Part shown: positions 54,628 through 63,766 of the stretch, in pieces
Layout of the letters: the number at the start of each line of letters is the position of its first letter
Numbering within the stretch: position 1 is the stretch's first letter
NCBI GenBank assembly: GCA_049291415.1
Contig: JBATPI010000184.1
Coordinates: 1,307-65,306 of the forward strand
From: Paracoccaceae bacterium
GTDB taxonomy: Bacteria > Pseudomonadota > Alphaproteobacteria > Rhodobacterales > Rhodobacteraceae
Direction of reading: 5' to 3'
DNA: 64,000 bases
Notes under the pieces: model-generated
Database searches by the model: none
The model's input: only the letters and a program-made list of their open reading frames with translations
What the model was told of the DNA's origin: nothing
Translations under genes and position numbers: made by a program

Positions 54628-55803
54628 TCAGCGTTCGCGAAGGGCTTCCTGGCTTTTGTACAGCGGTTTGGTCAGATAGGTCAGAATGGTCTTGCCGCCG
54701 GTTTGCAGTTCGACCTCGGCCTGCATGCCCGGCCGGATTTCCATCTTTTTCTGACGGTCCGACAGCTGTGACATATCCACCTTCAGAGTCACCACATAAT
54801 GCGGATCGCCATCCGCCGCGCGGGACCTTTCGTCGATAAAGGTGTCGGCCGAGACAAAGGTGACCTTTCCCTTCAGGCTGCCCCAGATCGTGTAATCATA
54901 GGCCGACAGCTTGACCGTCGCCTCTTGTCCCTGACGGACCGAGGCGATGTCGCGCGGTTTGACCTTGGCATCGACATACAGCTCTTCATCCAGCGGAATG
55001 ATCTCCAGGATCTCTTCACCCGGACGCACCACGCCCCCGATGGTGGTGATGGCGATCTTGTTCACCACCCCATGCAGGGGTGCCACCAGAACGGCGCGAG
55101 CCAACTGGTCCTGGCTGATCTTCAGGTTCTGCCTTAGCGAAGACAGCTCTTTCAGCGTGTCGGCATATTCCTTTGCCTGCTCCAGCTCATTCTGGGTGAT
55201 GATGTCCGACAGCCGATTCTCGGCGTCGCGGTGGCCTTTGCGGGCGCGGGTCACGTCGATCAGCGGTGCGACCTCTTGGGCATACATCCGCTCCATGATG
55301 TCCAGTTCCTTGGCGGCCTGATCCAATATGGCCTGCGCGCCAGTGCGCCGGGCGTCAAAATCCTCTTGCCGGGCCTTCAGCAGCGTCGCCTCTGACGCCA
55401 CGATATCGGGCACCCGGGCAGCCAGACTTTCGGGCACAAAGAACCGGTCTTCGCCCCGCATCTCGGCCTCAACCCGCAGTTTTCGGGTTTCCAGGGCGGC
55501 GATCTGGTTGCTCAGATCATCTACCGCGGTCTGATACTGCGTGCCCTGCAGCCGGCCCAATACCTGCCCCGGCTCAACCGTATCGCCTTCGGAGACATCC
55601 AGCTGCGCCAGAATCCCGCCTTCGAGGTTCTGGATGATCTGCGGCCGCGATGACGACACAATCGTCCCCTGCGCCCGCACGATTTCATCGACCCAGGCCA
55701 TGGCGGCCCAGGCAAAGAACAGCGCGAAGGTGGCGGCGATGACCCAGATCACCGCGGAAGGGCGGCCAGCGCGGTCTTCGAATTCCGGCGCCCATGTTGT
55801 CAT
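54628..55803 (-). CDS. HlyD-family type I secretion membrane-fusion protein
   Basis: 391 aa. It has an N-terminal TM segment, ..VRAQGTIVSSSRPQIIQNLEGGILAQLDVSEGDTVEPGQVL.., a long coiled coil, and a C-terminal beta-barrel ..ITTIGGVVRPGEEILEIIP. Confidence 0.85.
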   Translation of the reverse strand: MTTWAPEFEDRAGRPSAVIWVIAATFALFFAWAAMAWVDEIVRAQGTIVSSSRPQIIQNLEGGILAQLDVSEGDTVEPGQVLGRLQGTQYQTAVDDLSNQIAALETRKLRVEAEMRGEDRFFVPESLAARVPDIVASEATLLKARQEDFDARRTGAQAILDQAAKELDIMERMYAQEVAPLIDVTRARKGHRDAENRLSDIITQNELEQAKEYADTLKELSSLRQNLKISQDQLARAVLVAPLHGVVNKIAITTIGGVVRPGEEILEIIPLDEELYVDAKVKPRDIASVRQGQEATVKLSAYDYTIWGSLKGKVTFVSADTFIDERSRAADGDPHYVVTLKVDMSQLSDRQKKMEIRPGMQAEVELQTGGKTILTYLTKPLYKSQEALRER

Positions 55804-58031
55804 TGTGCGCCTCCGGCGGCCTGCGCCTTGGCCAGATGGGCCAGCACGGCGTCCTTTGGCCCGTCCACCGCCAGCCGACCATTCTGCATGATCAGCGTGC
55901 GCGAGGTCAGTTGCAGGATCGGCACACGGTGCGTGGCGATGATGGCGGTGCGACCTTCCAGCCAGGTCTTCAACCGGCTGACCAGCGTGGTTTCCAGCGT
56001 CTGGTCCAGCGCTGCGGTCGGCTCATCCAGCAACACGACGCGCGGGTTTTGCAGCCACAGCCGCGCCCAGCCGATGGATTGGCGTTGGCCAACCGACAGA
56101 CCTTCGCCCAGCTCACGGATTTCCAGATCCAGCCCTCGGGGGTGGTTGCGGACAAAGGGGCCAAGACCCGCGAAATCCAGTGCATCCAGCAGGCGGTCGT
56201 CGTTCCGCTCCAGCTGGCTCATGTTCAGGTTGTCGCGGATGGTGCCGGCAATCAGCCGCACTTCCTGGCCCAGATAGCCGATGCCGCGACGCAGATCGCG
56301 CGGGTGGATCTGCCCCAGATCGACCCCATCCAGCAAAACTCGGCCTTTTGACGGCTCAAACAGCCCCGCCATCAGGCGCAGCAGCGTGGATTTGCCCGAC
56401 CCGTTGGCACCCAGAATGGCCACATGCTGGCCTGCCGGGATTGAGACCGCGTTAATCTCAACCGTCGGCGACGATTGCGGGTCATAGCGGAATTCAACGC
56501 TGCGCAACTCAAACGCGCCGGTTATCCGTTCGCGTCGCAGATACTTGCGGTTGACCTCTTCGGACTGGTTGGCCATCGCCACGGTTTCCAGCGCGTTCAG
56601 CGCTGCCTTGACCTGACTCCACCGCGCCATCATCGACGATACCTGCGCCAGGGGGCCCAGCGTGCGCCCGGTCAGAATGCCGATGGCGATGATCGTGCCG
56701 ACGCTGAACTGCCCCGCAAAGACCATATAGGTGCCGACGACCACGGCGCAAATATAGGTGGCCTGCTGCACGCCCTGCGCCCAGGTCGACAGGATTGTCG
56801 TCAGATGCCGCTGCTCACTGCCCTTTACCGCCGACAGTGTCACCAGTTCCGACCAGATCCGCTTGACCCGATCTTCGCCGCGCTGGGTGGTGACGGTTTC
56901 ATGCTCGAACACGCTTTCATACAGCAGTTTCGCCGCTTTGGTTGACGCCCCTTGGGTCGAGGCAGTGATGGCGATCATCCGCCGCTGCATCAGGAATCCG
57001 GGCGCTACCATCAGGATTCCGCCCACAATCAGCACCCAGACCAGATTCCCCCCGATCGAGGCCACCAGCAGCAGAAACACGATCAGGAACGGCAGGTCGG
57101 CCAGCGTGCCCACCGTGGATGAGGTGAAGAATTCCCGGACCGAGCCAAAGTCGCGCATCGCGGCAAAGATCTCGGACGGCTTGCGGTCTCCGGGCTGCAT
57201 CTTCATGCCCAACAGGCGCTTCATCAGCCGGTCCTGCACGGCCAGCTCAATCCGCTTGCCAGTGTTGTCCATCAGCGTGGCGCGGGCGATTTTCAGGATG
57301 CTTTCCATCACCACGGCCAATAGTACGCCCAACGCCAGCACCCACAGAGTGGGTTCGGACTGGTAGGGAATGACCCGGTCATAGACCTGCAGTGAAAACA
57401 GCGCGACGCTGACCGCCAGAAGATTGGCAAACATCGATCCGGCCGACGCCTCGAAGAACTGACGCTTGTAATGACGGAATTCGCCCCAGAACCAGTGCGG
57501 CGGAGCCTTCTTTTCGATGTGGCGGGTTTCCAGCTCGGCCATCGTCGTGCGGGCCTGCAAAAGCTGGCCGGAATAGACCTGCATGAAGTCGGCCATCGCC
57601 ACTTCGGACCGCATGTCAGGCGACGTGATGTCGTAGATTTCCGGCCCGTCTTCGCCCAGCCCCAAAACCAGAACGACCTGCCCATTGGCCATCTCCGCCA
57701 GCGCGGGCCAGCCGTCTGCCGGCAAAGAGCGCTCTTTGATGATCCGCACGGTCAGGCCCGTTGCCCGCAAAGCCTGCGAAATCTCGGTCAGGGCCAGTTG
57801 CCCGCCAGAGGCACCAGCCGCCATCTGGATATGCTCCAGAAGGTCGGCGGCTGGAATCTCTGACCCCAACAGCCCGGCATAGACCGACGCCAGTTGGGCG
57901 CGGTTTACCGACCGATTGGTGTGGCGTGGCTTTGACACGCGCGCCGCTGGGGCAGGGCGCAGACTGGCGCCTTGGGATACGGCGGCCCGATTTGCGTTCA
58001 ACTCAAAAGCGATGACCCGATCGTCTGTCAC
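55800..58031 (-). CDS. Type I secretion ABC transporter (permease/ATPase) with an N-terminal C39-like, non-catalytic domain
   Basis: 743 aa. Walker A GANGSGKSTLL, signature LSVGQRQ, Walker B VLLDEPTAALD. The N-terminal ~185 aa has C39-fold-like spacing but contains no cysteine at all. Confidence 0.85.
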   Translation of the reverse strand: MTDDRVIAFELNANRAAVSQGASLRPAPAARVSKPRHTNRSVNRAQLASVYAGLLGSEIPAADLLEHIQMAAGASGGQLALTEISQALRATGLTVRIIKERSLPADGWPALAEMANGQVVLVLGLGEDGPEIYDITSPDMRSEVAMADFMQVYSGQLLQARTTMAELETRHIEKKAPPHWFWGEFRHYKRQFFEASAGSMFANLLAVSVALFSLQVYDRVIPYQSEPTLWVLALGVLLAVVMESILKIARATLMDNTGKRIELAVQDRLMKRLLGMKMQPGDRKPSEIFAAMRDFGSVREFFTSSTVGTLADLPFLIVFLLLVASIGGNLVWVLIVGGILMVAPGFLMQRRMIAITASTQGASTKAAKLLYESVFEHETVTTQRGEDRVKRIWSELVTLSAVKGSEQRHLTTILSTWAQGVQQATYICAVVVGTYMVFAGQFSVGTIIAIGILTGRTLGPLAQVSSMMARWSQVKAALNALETVAMANQSEEVNRKYLRRERITGAFELRSVEFRYDPQSSPTVEINAVSIPAGQHVAILGANGSGKSTLLRLMAGLFEPSKGRVLLDGVDLGQIHPRDLRRGIGYLGQEVRLIAGTIRDNLNMSQLERNDDRLLDALDFAGLGPFVRNHPRGLDLEIRELGEGLSVGQRQSIGWARLWLQNPRVVLLDEPTAALDQTLETTLVSRLKTWLEGRTAIIATHRVPILQLTSRTLIMQNGRLAVDGPKDAVLAHLAKAQAAGGAQ

Positions 58032-59362
58032 ATTGCTGCCCCATCAACCAACACACCCCGCTGGCGCGCGATATCCAGACGCGCCAGCACTATTTGATAC
58101 TTCAAAGACGTCTGATCGCGCTGCATCCGGGCATAGCTTTCAAACTGGCTGACCAGCTCCAGCAGGGTCCGACGCCCGGCCTTGTACTGTTCGGTGAACA
58201 GATCCAGGTTCGCCGCCATCTGGCCTAGCAGGATGCCCTGCTGTGCCTGCTGGCTGGTCAGGCTGGCAATCTCACGCTCCAGTGACACGATGCGGCGGCG
58301 GGCGGTCTCGTCAGCTTCGTCGATCTTGCGCAGACTGACCTGTTCGGATTCCTCCAGCGCCTGCAACTGGTCGCGGCGGCCAAAGCCCAGACCTTCACCA
58401 TCCAGCGCCAACCCGCCGTCCAGACTGCCGGCCTTATCGACCGTCGCCTGGGCACCCAGACCCGGCATCAGACCGGCGCGGGCCATCTGAACCTCGGCCT
58501 GTGTGCGCGACGCTTCTGCCCGGGCCTGCAGCACGCTGAGGGGGTCTGGCGCGCCAGTGTCACCGGGCAGCGGTGTCAGCCCGCTGATCCCGTCCAACCC
58601 GCCGTCAGACATTGCGGCCAGATCGGCGGCGGCGGTCTTTGCCGCCTCGCGTTCCTGCGACAGCGTGGCTTCGGTTTCGGCCAGCGTCTGTTGCAGAATA
58701 CGGTATTCCGAGCGGTCAGAAATCCCGCCTTCGACGCGCAGGGCCATGATCCGCTGAAAGTCTCGCATCTTGACCAGAGATGTCTCTGTGATGGCTGCCA
58801 GCGCATTGGCGTGCTGGATCTCGACATAATTCTTCAGGCCTTCATAGACCCGCTGGTTCAGATCACTGGCCAGCGCAATCGCGGCCACTTCGACATCGGC
58901 AGCGGCAAATGACCGCTCGGCCTTGCGGCGGCCATTGTCGAACAGCGCCTGATCCAAAAGCAGGCTGGCGGCGACAGACCCCAATGAGGTCAGGCTGACA
59001 TTCTGCCCGATCCGGGGCAGCCAGTTCTTTGATCTGGCCCGCGCGGTCAGCCGCGACACCCGCAGTTCGGCCTCTGCCGCGCCTGCGCTGGCTGCCAGCA
59101 CCGAGGCGGCGACCTTGGCAAAGGCGCTGCCAGCGGGCAGCACCGATTTGCGCGCCGACAGATCGGCGATCAACGTGGATTGGACAGCCCCCTTGGGGCC
59201 CAGCTGCGGCTTATCCAGCAGAGCTGCCGCAGGATCGCTGGCCGATCTGGAAACAGCCGCGTCAGAGTTGACGCAGGCTGTCAAAAGACCAGCCGCTATC
59301 AGCGCCAGGGCGGGGGACAACCCCCCCCCACCTGGCCTGTTCTTGGCATTGGCGGGCATCAC
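58028..59362 (-). CDS. TolC-family outer-membrane efflux/secretion lipoprotein
   Basis: 444 aa with lipobox LLTAC and two helical-repeat halves typical of outer-membrane factors. A 4-nt overlap links it to the ABC gene. Confidence 0.75.
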   Translation of the reverse strand: MMPANAKNRPGGGGLSPALALIAAGLLTACVNSDAAVSRSASDPAAALLDKPQLGPKGAVQSTLIADLSARKSVLPAGSAFAKVAASVLAASAGAAEAELRVSRLTARARSKNWLPRIGQNVSLTSLGSVAASLLLDQALFDNGRRKAERSFAAADVEVAAIALASDLNQRVYEGLKNYVEIQHANALAAITETSLVKMRDFQRIMALRVEGGISDRSEYRILQQTLAETEATLSQEREAAKTAAADLAAMSDGGLDGISGLTPLPGDTGAPDPLSVLQARAEASRTQAEVQMARAGLMPGLGAQATVDKAGSLDGGLALDGEGLGFGRRDQLQALEESEQVSLRKIDEADETARRRIVSLEREIASLTSQQAQQGILLGQMAANLDLFTEQYKAGRRTLLELVSQFESYARMQRDQTSLKYQIVLARLDIARQRGVLVDGAAM

Positions 59363-59380
59363 CCGATCCTCCGCCCTGTA

Positions 59381-62300
59381 TCAGATCAGCGTCCGGGTGA
59401 TGTCCTCATCGACCAAGACGGTGCCCGTGGTGAGATGATAGACCGCATAGCCACCCTCGGATGCGCCGGTCGAGACCACATCATCCAGCCTTACGGTGTC
59501 ATCCGAGCCGCCATTGATCACCAACCGATGATCCGGCCCGGTCAGCGCCTGCAGATCTGCTGCGGTCAGCGTCATGCTGGCTTGCGGTGCGAACGACAGG
59601 TCGATCGTGCTGAGGTCAAAGTCCGTCAACCCCAGGCGATGCAGGTCAACCGTCACCGTATTGGTGTTGTCAACGATCAGAAGGGTTGAAGCTTCGTTGC
59701 CCGCTGCGTCCGAGTTGTTGATGACCAGGTAGGATCCGTCCGGAACCCCGTTGTCAAAGTCATAGGCATCAACCGACAGCCGGACCCCGTTGATCGAGGT
59801 TGAAAAGCCTTCGGTGACGGCATGGGTGACATCGCTGCCCGATCCATTGGCATCAATCCGATGGATCGTAACGTCCTCACCTTCCTGGGTGGTGTAGATG
59901 CCGGTCACTTCGTGCCCGTCGCGCACGATCTTCAGCGTGTCCAGCGCATCCGGTGCCTCGGTGTCAAAGGCAAAGGTCTCGGAAATGGTCTTGACGTTGC
60001 CTGCCGGGTCGGTGGCCGTGATCGCCACCGAAGCGGTGCCTGTGCCGTGCGGCAGCTGACCATCGGCAAAGGTCACCGACCAGGTGCCGCTTGTGCCCGA
60101 ATTGGTGCTGATTTCCTGCCCATTGGACAGGCGCACCAAAACGGCTGAGTTTGGTTCGACCGTGCCGGTCATCGTCACGCCGGCCGCGGCTTCGGTCGCG
60201 TTGATCGTGCCATCTCCGGCGATCGCACCACCAGTGCGGGCCAGGTTGCGCACGACCGTGTCAACCGTGACCGTTTCATTCAACGTCGAGGTGTTGCCCA
60301 CCGCATCCGTTGCCGTGATGGTCATCGGCACGTTGTTCTCACCTGCCGGGATATGGCTGGCCGGAATCCGAACCGTCCAGCTGCCATCGGCGCTGACCGT
60401 TGCGGGAACCGACGCGCCCGAGCCAAAGCGGATCATGACGGTTGAGCCCGCTTCAACGTTGCCGGTAACAGTGAGACCGTTGGCGGCTTCGTCAAAGTTC
60501 ACCACATCATCCGAACCCGCCGACATGGTCAGGCGCTGAAACGGCACAACCTCGGTATCGACGCGCACAGAATGCGTGTCATTTGCCACGTTGCCGGCCG
60601 TATCGGTCGAAGTAACCTGAACGGTTGAGGTGTAGGTGCCCGCGCGGTATTCGCCCTGCGAGAATGGCGCGGTCCAGTTGCCCGATGCGTCGGCCGTCAC
60701 CGTGCGGGTGACACCTTCAAAGGTCACTTTGACGGTCGCGCCCGCTTCGGCATGGCCGGTCAGCGACAGGCCAGAGATGCGCTCGGCCCCCGAGACGATA
60801 TCATCGCCGCCCGATTGCCCCGGGTTGATCGAGACCGAGGTTTCGGTATCCACCAGTACTGTGCGCGTCGCCATGGCGGTGTTGCCAGCCGCATCGGTGG
60901 CCGTCACGGTTGCAGTGGTCGAATAGGTGCCACCAGCAATCCCCGATGCCGGGAAGTTGACCGTCCAGCTGCCATCGGCCCCCACTGTTGCGGGCAGGTT
61001 GGCACCGTTCCACGCCACCTGAACCGTCGCACCCGGTTGGGCGGTCCCGGTCATGGTGATGCCATTGCTGGCCTCGGTCGCGTTCACGGTGCCGTCGGTT
61101 GCAATCGCCCCCGGCGCAAAGGCCACCGACGTCATGGTGTCAACGCGGAAGGTATGCGTCGCGTTTGACAGGTTGCCTGCGGCATCCGTGGTCGTTGCGG
61201 TGATCGTGGCGTCATATTCGCCCGCGGTCAGGGCCCCGGCTGCATAGTTGATAGTCCAGCTACCATTTGCGCCCACGGTCACAGACTGCGTCTGGCCCTG
61301 GATAGTCACAGACAGCGTGGCGCCAGCGGTTGAGGTGCCCGAGATCTGAAAGCCAGCGGTCGCCTCTGCCCCGTTCACCGTATTGTCGGCGGTGACCGGG
61401 TTGAAGCCGATCGGGTGCGGAACCGTATCCACCACCAGAATGTCGTTCAGGATGGTGTCATTGCCCAAGGCATCCGTCGCGGTGACGGTAAAGGGAATCT
61501 CATATTCGCCCGCAGCAACCTGGGTTGTCGTGAAGGTCACCGACCAGGTGCCATCGGCGGCAACCGTGGTGGTCTGGGTATGCTCACCCACCTTGACCAC
61601 AATCGCAGCACCCACTTCGCCTTCGCCACCAATAGTGACACCATTGGTATATTCGACCGCGTTTTCAACGTCGCCAACGCTTTTCGCGCCATGAGTGATT
61701 TCGACTTCGGGCGGATGCACGTCAACGATAAAGGTCGGGCCGTCCAGCGTGGTCGAGGTGCCATCGGGATGGCCAAAGTCCACAACCGCCTCATGGGTGC
61801 CGTCGGCCGGCAGGCCGGTGCCCTCAAAATCGACATGCCAGGTTCCATCGGGGCCGATGGTGGTGGTTTGGGTTTTGTCGCCGACAGTGACAACAACCCG
61901 GTCGCCCGGCTCACCGGTGCCGGAAACATCCAGCGTCTGGTCCGGCGTTTCGGTGGTCACGGTCTGGCTGCCGTCCGGGTCGTTCACGGTCGGGGGGCGG
62001 GGGCCAGTGCCACCACCGCCGCCACCGCCGGCCAAGCCGCCGATCACTCCCAGCCCGGCGAGGCCCGCGCCAATCGGGCCCAGCCCCAACAGACCGGGAA
62101 CGAAAGCGGCCATGCCCGCAGGCTCATCCGTGGCACCCTGTGCCAGCGCCAGGTCATCCGACTGACCAAAGCGCAGATCGTCCAGGGTTGAAAACTTGTC
62201 CCACCCATCGGTTGGACCATATGAGGCGAACATCGTGCCGTCGCCGGCATTGCTCAGCTCTACCGCGACAACTTCGCCGTTCTGCGAGAGATACAGTTGG

Positions 62301-62491
62301 TTGGCTTCGCCGGTTCCGTTGAAGTAGCCTGAAAGAACAATTTCGCGCCCATCAACCAGCGTGATGACCAGATCGTTGCCGGTCTGCACGTAGCCTGCAA
62401 CGCTCTGCCGGGCGAGGTTCAGCGAAATCTCTTCGCCAGCGCCCATTTGCACAAAGTTGCTGCCCTCGCCGGCAACAGCACCGCGCACCAC
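59381..62491 (-). CDS. Large T1SS-secreted adhesin: BapA-prefix-like N-domain, hydrophobic Gly-rich segment, ~7 tandem Ig-like repeats, C-terminal type I secretion target region
   Basis: 1036 aa from the GTG at 62491. The N-domain is ..ISLNLARQSVAGYVQTGNDLVITLVDGREIVLSGYF. Repeats of ~95-99 aa are delimited by VDT and carry ..ADGSWTV.. and ..TATDAAGN.. cores. The C-terminus is ..VINGGSDDTVRLDDV..YHLTTGTVLVDEDI. The true start may lie upstream (see findings). Confidence 0.8.
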   Translation of the reverse strand: MVRGAVAGEGSNFVQMGAGEEISLNLARQSVAGYVQTGNDLVITLVDGREIVLSGYFNGTGEANQLYLSQNGEVVAVELSNAGDGTMFASYGPTDGWDKFSTLDDLRFGQSDDLALAQGATDEPAGMAAFVPGLLGLGPIGAGLAGLGVIGGLAGGGGGGGTGPRPPTVNDPDGSQTVTTETPDQTLDVSGTGEPGDRVVVTVGDKTQTTTIGPDGTWHVDFEGTGLPADGTHEAVVDFGHPDGTSTTLDGPTFIVDVHPPEVEITHGAKSVGDVENAVEYTNGVTIGGEGEVGAAIVVKVGEHTQTTTVAADGTWSVTFTTTQVAAGEYEIPFTVTATDALGNDTILNDILVVDTVPHPIGFNPVTADNTVNGAEATAGFQISGTSTAGATLSVTIQGQTQSVTVGANGSWTINYAAGALTAGEYDATITATTTDAAGNLSNATHTFRVDTMTSVAFAPGAIATDGTVNATEASNGITMTGTAQPGATVQVAWNGANLPATVGADGSWTVNFPASGIAGGTYSTTATVTATDAAGNTAMATRTVLVDTETSVSINPGQSGGDDIVSGAERISGLSLTGHAEAGATVKVTFEGVTRTVTADASGNWTAPFSQGEYRAGTYTSTVQVTSTDTAGNVANDTHSVRVDTEVVPFQRLTMSAGSDDVVNFDEAANGLTVTGNVEAGSTVMIRFGSGASVPATVSADGSWTVRIPASHIPAGENNVPMTITATDAVGNTSTLNETVTVDTVVRNLARTGGAIAGDGTINATEAAAGVTMTGTVEPNSAVLVRLSNGQEISTNSGTSGTWSVTFADGQLPHGTGTASVAITATDPAGNVKTISETFAFDTEAPDALDTLKIVRDGHEVTGIYTTQEGEDVTIHRIDANGSGSDVTHAVTEGFSTSINGVRLSVDAYDFDNGVPDGSYLVINNSDAAGNEASTLLIVDNTNTVTVDLHRLGLTDFDLSTIDLSFAPQASMTLTAADLQALTGPDHRLVINGGSDDTVRLDDVVSTGASEGGYAVYHLTTGTVLVDEDITRTLI
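59957..61996 (-). repeat. Coding tandem repeats (~290 bp unit, ~7 copies, diverged) encoding the Ig-like domains of the adhesin
   Basis: Protein-level periodicity: VDV/VDT boundaries near residues 258, 355, 451, 548, 645, 744 and 843. The copies are divergent at the DNA level. Confidence 0.7.
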
Positions 62492-62745
62492 TCCGCCCGC
62501 AGAATCGCGGACGACGAAATCAATCGCCTTAACCTTTGTAACTACTCCGCCTCATGAACTGCCGGATTCATGCCCGACATATTGTGTTCAGGATCTTGCC
62601 GACCCCTATTGCTGACAGGAATAGCTAGGTTTTGATGTGATTTCTAGTGGGTATGACTCGAAATTAATCCACAACCGCCTTATTTTCACCATCCATACCC
62701 AAAACTGAGTCTTTTGTGCCATGGTTCGATTAGTGAAAAACAATG

Positions 62746-63759
62746 TCAGGTTGTGGGCGATCTTCTCATCCGCATTCCAGCTGCGTCAAAATGAAACACC
62801 CGGGCAGTGTCCGGGGTTAGCCAGACGGTCTCATCCACGCTATAGGCATGCTCGCCGAACAGGCGAACCGTCAGTAATCCATGCTCGTCTGATCGCACAT
62901 AGACCAGCGTTTCGCCCCCCAGTTGCTCGACATGGCTGATGGTGCCGCCGATCGGCCCCTGATCGCGGGCGATCAGCAAATGCTCGGGGCGGATGCCCGT
63001 GGTCTCGCCCGGTTCGCCCAGCGCGGCGGATCTCAGAAAGTTCATCTGCGGGCTGCCGATGAACCCTGCAACAAAGGTATTGTCGGGGTCATTATAGATC
63101 TGCATCGGTGCGCCGACCTGTTCCACCCGGCCCGCGCGCAAGACGACAATCCGGTCGGCCAGGGTCATCGCTTCAACCTGATCATGGGTTACATAGATCA
63201 TCGTCGCACTGAGGTCGCGGTGCAGGCGGGCAATCTCGATCCGGGTGGCGACGCGCAGCGCGGCGTCCAGATTCGACAGCGGCTCATCAAACAGGAACAG
63301 CTTGGGTGTGCGCACGATGGCCCGGCCAATCGCCACCCGCTGCCGCTGGCCGCCCGACAATTCGCCCGGGCGTCGGTCCAACAGGGGCTCCAGCTCCAGC
63401 ATTGCAGCGGCTTTGTCGGTGGCCGTGCGGATATCGGCCTTGGCCATGCCCGCTTGTTTCAGCGCCAACCCCATATTGTCGCGCACGCTGAGATGCGGGT
63501 AGAGCGCATAGCTCTGGAACACCATCGCCAGCCCGCGCTGCGCCGGTGCCACATCGTTGATGCGCTGCCCATCCAGCAAGACATCGCCTGTGGTTGCATC
63601 CTCCAGCCCCGCGATGATCCGCAACAGCGTCGATTTTCCGCAACCTGAGGGGCCGACGAACACACAGAACTCACCATCCTGAATGGCCAGATCGATGTCC
63701 TTGATCACCTCGGTCCTGCCAAAGCTCTTGCAGACTGATTTCAGTTCCAGCGCACCCAT
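62746..63759 (-). CDS. Sugar ABC transporter ATP-binding protein (UgpC/MalK type)
   Basis: 337 aa. Walker [12 protein letters not shown], signature LSGGQRQR, Walker [13 protein letters not shown], and a C-terminal TOBE-like regulatory domain. Confidence 0.9.
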   Translation of the reverse strand: MGALELKSVCKSFGRTEVIKDIDLAIQDGEFCVFVGPSGCGKSTLLRIIAGLEDATTGDVLLDGQRINDVAPAQRGLAMVFQSYALYPHLSVRDNMGLALKQAGMAKADIRTATDKAAAMLELEPLLDRRPGELSGGQRQRVAIGRAIVRTPKLFLFDEPLSNLDAALRVATRIEIARLHRDLSATMIYVTHDQVEAMTLADRIVVLRAGRVEQVGAPMQIYNDPDNTFVAGFIGSPQMNFLRSAALGEPGETTGIRPEHLLIARDQGPIGGTISHVEQLGGETLVYVRSDEHGLLTVRLFGEHAYSVDETVWLTPDTARVFHFDAAGMRMRRSPTT

Positions 63760-63766
63760 TCAGCCC

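Noticed and set aside
55800-58031. Bacteriocin-type ABC transporter with an active C39 peptidase
   Set aside because: The N-terminal ~185 residues contain no cysteine, so the catalytic Cys of C39 peptidases is absent. No small GG-leader peptide gene is nearby.
59957-61996. Periodic ~290-bp repeats as a possible CRISPR or non-coding tandem array
   Set aside because: The repeats are in-frame, diverged coding repeats of Ig-like domains within one long ORF. There is no short repeat/spacer structure.
59381-62491. Calling the large T1SS substrate an RTX toxin or a LapA/LapG-regulated adhesin
   Set aside because: There is no array of GGxGxDxUx nonapeptides; only one GGSDD-like element lies near the C-terminus. 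There is no N-terminal dialanine (TAAG-type) site and no lapG/lapD in the window.
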